The notes under the pieces are model-generated. The model had not been told where the DNA came from. It saw nothing but the letters and a program-made list of their open reading frames with translations, and searched no databases. The position numbers and the translations under genes are program-made. From the human T2T-CHM13v2.0 reference genome, Homo sapiens, in assembly GCF_009914755.1 (NCBI RefSeq), contig NC_060933.1: a stretch of DNA of 64,000 nucleotides. One strand, written 5' to 3'. Positions 55,851-64,000 of the stretch are shown here, piece by piece; positions within the stretch are counted from its first letter, which is position 1; the number at the start of each line of letters is the position of its first letter.

Positions 55851-58800
55851 TCCATTCCATTCCATTCCATTCCGTTCCGTTCCATTCCATTCCATTTCAT
55901 TCTATTCGGGTTAATTCCATTCCATTCCATTCAATTGCAATCGAGTTGATTCCATTCCATTCCATTCCATTCCATTCCATTCCATTCCATTCCATTCCTT
56001 TCGATTCCATTACGGATGATTCCATTCCATTGCATTCCATTCCATTGCATTCCCCTGTACTCGGGTTGATTCCATTCCATTGCATTCCAATCCATGCCCT
56101 TCCACTCGTGTTGATTTCATTCTTTCCATTCCATTCAAGTTGAATCCATTCCATTCCATTCCATTCCGTTCCATTCCATTCCATTACATTCGGATTGATT
56201 CTATTCAATTCCCTTACACTCCATTACATTCCATTCCCTTCGGGTAGTTTCCATTCCATTCCATTCCATTCCTCTCCATTCCATTGCACTCGGGTTGATT
56301 CCATTCCATTGCTTTCCATTCCATTCCATTCAATTCCATTCCCTTCCATTCCATTCCACTACATTCGGATTGATTCTATTCAACTCCCTTAATCTCCATT
56401 ACATTCCATTCCATTCGGGTTGTTCCATTCCATTCCATTCCATTCCACTCCATTCCATTGCACTCGGGTTTATTCCATTCCATTCCATTCGATTCCATTC
56501 CATTCCATTCCATTCCATTCCGGAAGATTCCATTCCATTGCATTCCATTCCATTCCATTCCATTCCATTCTATTCCATTCACCTGCACTCGCGTTGATTC
56601 CATTCCATTCCATTCCATTCCATTCCATTCCATTCCATTCCTTTCCGTTCCATTCCATTCCATTCCATTCCATTCCAATCCATTCCATTCCGTTGCGTTC
56701 CGTTCCATTCCATTCCATTCCATTCTATTCGGGTTAATTCCATTCCATTCCATTCGATTGCCATCGAGTTGATTCCATTCCATTCCATTCCATTCCATTC
56801 CATTCCATTCCTTTCCATTCCATTACGGATGATTCCATTCCATTGCATTCCATTCCATTCCATTCCCCTGTACTCTGGTTGATTCCATTCCATTCCATTA
56901 CAATCCATGCCATTCCAATCGTGTTGATTCCATTCTTTCCATTCCATTCAAGTTGAATCCCTTCCATTGCATTCTATTCCATTCCATTCCCCTGCAGTCG
57001 GGTTGTCTCCATTCCATTCCATTCCATTCCATTCCGTTCCGTTCCGTTCCATTCCATTCCATTCCATTCTATTCGGGTTAATTCCATTCCATTCCAATCG
57101 AGTTGATTCCATTCCATTCCATTCCATTCCATTTCAATCGAGTTGATTCCATTCCATTCCATTCCATTCCATTCCATTCCATTCCACTCCATTCCAGTCC
57201 TTTCCATTCCATTCCACTCGGGTTGATTCCAATGTATTCCTTTCCATTCCATTCCATTCCATTGCAATCGAGTTGATTCCATTGCTTTGCATTCCATTCC
57301 ATTCCATTCCCCTGCACTCGGGTTGATTGCATTCCATTCCACTCCATTCCGTTCCATTCCATTCCATTGCATTGTATTCGGGTTAATTCCATTCCATTAC
57401 ATTCCATTCCATTCCATTCCATTACAATCGAGTTGATTCCATTCCATTCCATTCCATTCCAGTCCTTTCCATTACATTCCTCTCGGGTTGATTCCATTCT
57501 ATTAGTTTCCATTCCATTCCATTCCCTCCCATTCCACTCTGGTTGATTCCATTCCTTTCCATTCCACTCGAATACATTCCCTCCTATTCCACTCGGAACG
57601 ATTCCATTCCATTCCATTCCATTCCATTCCATTCCATTCCATTCCATTTCTTTCCATTCCATTATATTCCGTATCATTCCATTCCATTCCATTCCCTTCC
57701 ATTCCATTCCATTCCATTCCATTCCATTCCATTGTACTCGGGTTGATTCAATTCCATTGCATTCCATTCCATTCCATTCCAATCGATGCCATTCCACTCG
57801 TGTTGATTCCATTCTTTCCATTCCATTCAAGTTGAATCCATTCCATTGTATTCCATTCCAATCGATTCCATTCGATTGCACTCGGGTAGATTCCATTCCA
57901 TTGCATTCCATTCCATTCCATTCCATTCCATTCCATTCCAGTTCGTTCCAGTCCATTCTATTCCGTACCATTTCATTCCATTCCATTCCTTTCCATTCCA
58001 TTCCATTCCACTCGTGTTGATTCCATTCTTTTCCATTCCATTCGGTTTGAAGGCTTTCCTTTCCATTCAATTCCATTCCATTCTATTCCATTCCATTCCA
58101 TTCCATTCCATTCCATTCCATTCCATTCCATTGCATTCCATTGTACTCGAGTTGATTCCATTCCATTGCATTCCATTCCATTCCATTCAATTCCATTCCG
58201 TTCCATTCCATTCCATTACATTCGGATTGATTCTATTCAACTCCCTTAGTCTCCATTCCATTCAATTCCATTCGGGTTGTTCCATTCCATTCCATTCCAT
58301 TCCACTCCATTCCATTGCACTCGGGTTGATTGCATTCGATTCCATTCCATTCCATTCCATTCCATTCCGGAAGATTCCAATCCATTGCATTCCATTCCAT
58401 TCCATTCCCCTGCACTCGCGTTGATTCCATTCCATTCCATTCTATTCCATTCCATTCCCTTCCTTTCCGTTCCATTCCATTCCATTCCATTCCATTCCAT
58501 TCCATTGCAATCGAGTTGATTCCATTCCATTCCTTTCCTTTCCGTTCCATTGCCTTGCATTCCACTCAGGTTGATTCCATTCCCTTCTTTCCACTCCATT
58601 ACATTCCCTTCCATTCCACTCGGAATGATTGATTCCATTCCATTCCATTCCATTTCATTCCATTGCAATCCATTCCAATCCATTCCATTCCATTCCATTC
58701 CACTCGAGTTGATTTCATTCCATTCCTTTCCATTCTATTCCATTCCTTTCCACTCGAGTTGTTTCCATTCCATTCCATTCCATTGCTTTCCATTCCATGC

Positions 58801-61800
58801 CATTCCACTCGGGTTGATTCCATTCCATTCCATTCCATTCCATTTGATTCCATTCCATTCCATTCCATTGCATTCCATTCCATTCCATTCCCCTGCACTC
58901 GGGTTGATTCCATTCCATTCCATTCCATTTAATTCCATTCCATTCCATTCCATTCCATTCCATTCCAATCCGTTCCATTCCATTCCATTCCATTCCATTG
59001 CAATCGACTTCATTCCATTCCATTCCATTCCATTCCATTGCATTTTGTTCCAATCCATTCTATTCCGAACCATTCCATTCCATTCCATTCCATTCCGTTC
59101 CATTCCATGCCATTCCACTCGGGTTGATTCCATTCCTTTCCATTCCATTCGGGTTGAATCCATTCCACTCCATTCCATTCCATTCGAATCCATTCCATTG
59201 CACTCTGGTTGATTCCATTCCATTCCATTCCATTCGATTCCATTCCATTCCATTCCATTCCGTTCCATTCCATTTCATTACATTCAGATTGATTCTATTC
59301 AATTCCCTTACACTCCATTATATTCCAATCCATTCTAGTTTTTTCCATTCCATTCCATTCCATTTCACTCCATTCCATTGCACTCGGTTTGATTTCATTC
59401 CTTTCCATTCCGTATGATTCCATTCCATTGCATTCCATTCCATTCCATTTCCCTGCACTCAGGTTGATTCCATTCCATTCCATTCCACTCCATTCGGTTC
59501 CGTTCCATTCCATTCTATTGCATTCCATTCTATTCGGGTTAATTCCATTCCATTCTATTCCATTCCATTCCATTCCATTGCATTGCAATGGAGTTGATTC
59601 CATTCCATTCCATTCCATTCCGGATGATTCCATTCAATTGCATTCCTTACCATTCCATTCCCCTGCACTCGTGTTGATTCCATTCTCTTCCATTCCATTC
59701 CATTCCGTTCCATTCCATTGCATTCCATTCTATTCCGGTTAATTCCATTCCTTTCCATTCCATTCCATTCCATTCCATTGCAATCGAGTTCATTCCATTC
59801 CATTCCTTTCCATTCCATTCCATTGCCTTGCATTCCAATCGGGTTGATTCCATTCCCGTCTTTCCACTCCATTACATTCCCTTCCATTCCACTCGGAATG
59901 ATTGATTCCATTCCATTCCATTCCATTTCATTCCATTGCAATCCATTCCAATCCATTCCATTCCATTCCATTCCACTCGAGTTGATTTCATTCCATTCCT
60001 TTCCATTCCATTCCATTCCTTTCCACTCGAGTTGATTCCATTCCATTCCATTCCATTGCATTCCATTCCATGCCATTCCACTCGGGTTGAACCCATTCCT
60101 TTGCATTCCATTCCATTCCATTCCATTCCATTCCATTCCGTTGCATTCCATTCCATTACATTCGAATTGATTCTATTCAACTCCCTTACTCTCCATTACA
60201 TTCCATTCCATTCGGGTTGTTCAATTCCATTCCATTCCATTCCACTCCATTCCATTGCACTCGGGTTGATTCCATTCCATTCCATTCCATTCCATTCCAT
60301 TCCGGATGATTCCATTCCATTGCATTCCTTTCCATTACTTTCCCCTGCACTCGCGTTGATTCCATTCCATTCCATTCCATTCCATTCAATTCCATTCCAT
60401 TACAATTCGTTCCATTCCATTCTATTCCGTACCATTCCATTCCATTCCATACCATTCCATTCCCTTCCATTCCATTCCATTCCATTCCATGCCGTTCCAT
60501 TCCGTTCCATTCCATTCCATTCTATTCTATTCGGGTTAATTCCATTCCATTCCATTCCATTCCATTCTATTCCATTCCATTGCAATCGAGTTGAATCCAT
60601 TGCATTTCATTCCATTCCATTCCATTCCATTCCATTCCGGAAGATTCCATTCCATTGCATTCCATTCCATTCCATTCCCCTGCACTCGCGTTGATTCCAT
60701 TCCAGTCCATTCCATTCCATTCCATTCCATTCCATTCCGTTCCGTTCCGTTCCATTCCATTCCATTCCATTCCATTCCATTCCGTTCCGTTCCGTTCCAT
60801 TCCATTCCATTCTATTCGGTTTAATTCCATTCCATTCCATTCGATTGCAATCGTGTTGATTCCATACCATTCCACTCCATTCCATTCCATTCCATTCCAT
60901 TCCATTCCATTCCTTTCCATTCCATTACGGATGATTCCATTCCATTGCATTCCTTTCCATTCCATTCCCCTGTACTCGGGTTGATTCCATTCCATTGCAT
61001 TCCAATCCATGCCCTTCCACTCGTGTTGATTCCGTTCTTTCCATTCCATTCAAGTTGAATCCATTCCATTGCATTCCATTCCATTCGATTCCATTCGATT
61101 GCACTCGGGTTGATTCCATTCCATTGCATTCCATTCCATTCCATTCCATTCCATTCCATTCCAATCCATTCCATTGTATTCGGGTTAATTCCATTCCATT
61201 CCATTCCATTCCATTCCATTCCATTACAATCGAGTTGATTCCACTCCATTCCATTGCATTCCAGTCCTTTCCATTCCATTCCACTCGGTTGATTCCATTC
61301 TATTAGTTTCCATTCCATTCCATTCCCTTCCATTCCACTCTGGTTGATTCCATTCCTTTAAATTCCACTCGAATACATTCCCTCCTATTCCACTCGAAAC
61401 GATTCCATTCCATTCCATTCCATTCCATTCTATTCCATTCCATTCCATTCCATTCCATTCCATTTCGTTCCGTTCCATTCTATTCCGTATCATTCCATTC
61501 CATTCCATTGCATTCCATTCCATTCCATTCCATTCCATTCCATTCCGTTGCTTTCCATTCCATTACATTCGGATTGATTCTATTCAACTCCCTTACTCTC
61601 CATTACATTCCATTCCATTCGGGTTGTTCCATTCCATTCCACTCCATTCCATTGCACTCGGGTTGATTCCCTTCCATTCCGTTCCATTCCATTCCATTCC
61701 GGATGATTCCATTCCATTGCATTCCGTTCCATTACATTCCCCTGCACTCGCGTTGATTCCATTACATTCCATTCCATTCCATTCCATTCAATTCCATTCC

Positions 61801-64000
61801 ATTTCAATTCGTTCCATTCCTTTCTATTCCGTACCATTCCATTCCATTCCATACCATTCCATTCCATTCCATTCCATTCCATTCCGTTCCATTCCGTTCC
61901 ATTCCATTCCATTCCATTCTATTCGGATTAATTCCATTCCATTCCATTCCATTCCATTCTATTCCATTCCATTGCAATCGAGTTGAATCCATTGCATTTC
62001 ATTCCATTCCATTCCATTCCATTCCATTCCGGAAGATTCCATTCCATTGCATTCCATTCCATTCCATTCCCCTGCACTCGCGTTGATTCCATTCCATTCC
62101 ATTCCATTCCATTCCGTTCCGTTCCATTCCATTCCATTCCATTCCATTCCATTCCATTCCGTTCTCTTCCATTCCATTCCATTCCATTCTATTCGGGTTA
62201 ATTCCATTCCATTCCATTCGATTGCAATCGAGTTGATTCCATTCCATTCCATTCCATTCCATTCTATTCCATTCCATTCCATTCCATTCCTTTCCATTCC
62301 ATTACAGATGATTCCATTCCATTGCATTCCATTCCATTCCATTCCCCTGTACTCGAGTTGATTCCATTCCATTCCATTCCAATCCATGCCATTCCACTCG
62401 TGTTGATTCCATTCTTTCCATTCCATTCAAGTTGAATCCATTCCATTGCATTCCATTCCATTCGATTCCATTCGATTGCACTCGGGTTGATTCCATTCCA
62501 TTGCATTCCATTCCATTCCATTCCATTCCATTTCATTCCATTCCGTTCCATTCCATTCCATAACCTTTGGATTGATTCTATTCAATTCCCTTACTCTCCA
62601 TTACATTCCATTCCATTCGGGTAGTTACCATTCCATTCCATTCCATTCCTCTCCATTCCATTGCACTCGGGTTGATTCCATTCCATTGCATTCCATTCCA
62701 TTCCATTCAATTCCATTCCGTTCCATTCCATTCCATTACATTCGGATTGATTGTATTCAACTCCCTTACTCTCCATTACATTCCATTCCATTCGGGTTGT
62801 TCCATTCCATTCCATTCCATTCCACTCCATTCCATTGCACTCGGGTTGATTCCATTCCATTCCATTCCATTCAATTCCATTCCATTCCATTCCATTCCGC
62901 AAGATTCCATTCCATTGCATTCCATTCCATTCCATTCCCCTGCACTCGCGTTGATTCCATTCCATTCCATTCTAATCCATTCCATTCCCTTCCTTTCCGT
63001 TCCATTCCATTCCATTCCATTCCATTCCACTCCGTTCCGTTCCATTCCATTCCATTCCATTCTATTCGGGTTAATTCCATTCCATTCCATTCGATTGCAA
63101 TCGAGTTGATTCCATTCCATTCCATTCCATTCCATTCCATTCCATTCCGTTCCATTCCATTTCATTACATTCAGATTGATTCTATTCAATTCCCTTACAC
63201 TCCATTATATTCCAATCCATTCTGGTAGTCTCCATTCCATTCCATTCCATTTCACTCCATTCCATTGCACTCGGGTTGATTCCATTCCATTCCATTCCAT
63301 TGCATTCCATTCCATTCCATTCCGGATGATTGCATTCCATTGCATTCCATTCCATTCTATTCCCCTGCACTCGGGTTGGTTCCATTCCATTCCATTATAT
63401 TGCCTTCCGTTCCATTCCATTCGGATTGATTCTATTCAATTCCCTTACACTCCATTACATTCCATTCCATTCGGGTAGTTTCCATTCCATTCCATTCCAT
63501 TCCTCTCCATTCCATTGCACTCGGGTTGATTCCATTCCATTCCATTCCATTCCATTCCATTCCATTCCATTACATTCCATTCCATTCCGTTGCATTGTAC
63601 TCGGGTTGATTCCATTCCATTGCATTCCATTCCATTCCATTCCAATCCATTCCATTCGGTTCCATTCCATTACATTCGGATTGATTCTATTCAACTCCCT
63701 TACTCTCCATTACATTCCATTCCATTCGGGTTGTTCCATTCCATTCCATTCCATTCCACTCCATTCCATTGCGCTCGGGTTGATTCCATTCCATTCCATT
63801 CCATTCCATTCCATTCCATTCCATTCCATTCCGGATGATTCCATTCCATTGCTTTCCGTTCCATTACATTCCCCTGCACTCGGGTTGATTCCATTCCATT
63901 CCATTCCATTCCATTCGATTCCATTCCTTTCCAATTCTTTCCATTCCATTCTATTCCGTACCATTCCATTCCATTCCATACAATTCCATTCCATTCCATT

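Larger units (their letters stand above)
1..64000 (+). repeat. Human Satellite 3 (HSat3/Sat III) pericentromeric tandem array, C-rich (CATTC)n strand on +
   Basis: Every line is dominated by CATTC pentamers in 5-bp register, interspersed with ACTCGGGTTG / ATTCGGGTT and variants, which is the defining Sat III pattern. No non-satellite insert was seen and orientation is constant throughout. Confidence 0.98.
1..64000 (-). ncRNA. Potential template for G-rich (GGAAU)n Sat III (HSATIII) stress-induced lncRNA
   Basis: Established: HSF1 drives Pol II transcription of G-rich Sat III RNA in nuclear stress bodies, and here the G-rich strand is -. The window has many canonical HSEs. Sequence alone cannot show transcription or boundaries. 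Confidence 0.3.

Noticed and set aside
3-63999. Hundreds of ORFs up to 376 aa (MEWNG repeats on -, IPFHS repeats on +)
   Set aside because: (GGAAT)n and (CATTC)n contain no stop codon in any frame, so overlapping ORFs arise in all six frames. They are pure pentapeptide repeats with no domain or codon signal.
1-64000. Strong Kozak-like context (G at -3, G at +4) at every GGAATGG on the - strand
   Set aside because: It is a trivial consequence of the pentamer. Sat III RNA is nuclear-retained and there is no evidence here for translation.
1-64000. CRISPR-like repeat/spacer appearance (recurrent ACTCGGGTTG with intervening sequence)
   Set aside because: The intervening sequence is the same pentamer with variable length, not unique spacers. 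There are no cas genes and the context is primate satellite.
1-64000. HSat2, DYZ1 or alpha satellite/CENP-B boxes
   Set aside because: The HSat2 CATTCGATGATGATTC-type unit does not dominate, there is no regular ~3.5-kb DYZ1 periodicity, and I saw no 171-bp monomer or CENP-B box.
1-64000. A single window-wide higher-order repeat
   Set aside because: Marker spacings are irregular (e.g. CAAGTTGAATCC-type markers are about 0.7-4.9 kb apart). Only local duplications show fixed offsets.
1-64000. Canonical G-quadruplex on the - strand
   Set aside because: G runs are almost all GG. Runs of three or more are isolated rather than clustered in fours.

Overview
The whole 64 kb is one uninterrupted human-type Satellite 3 (HSat3 / Sat III) array. 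It consists of (CATTC)n on the + strand and (GGAAT)n on the - strand, punctuated by the classical Sat III decamer ACTCGGGTTG (CAACCCGAGT on -) and its variants. I saw no genes, transposons, alpha satellite or strand inversions. All listed ORFs (MEWNG / IPFHS repeats) are artefacts of a stop-free pentamer. The motif content resembles the chr9q12-type (pHuR98-like) Sat III, but this assignment is from memory and unverified. The array has no single clean higher-order repeat. It is a mosaic of reshuffled modules with three recent multi-kb duplications (about 4.46 kb tandem, about 2.3-3.2 kb triple tandem, and about 3 kb at 4.5 kb spacing) and a flank/centre zonation of module types. The most interesting signals are cis-motifs in the interruptions: about 40 perfect three-pentamer heat-shock elements (aTTCc-gGAAg-aTTCc), about 30 copies of a perfect 14-bp palindrome (TCGATTGCAATCGA), and AATAAA hexamers on the G-rich strand next to HSEs. 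All counts and breakpoints were read by eye and are approximate. I found no novel protein-coding system.
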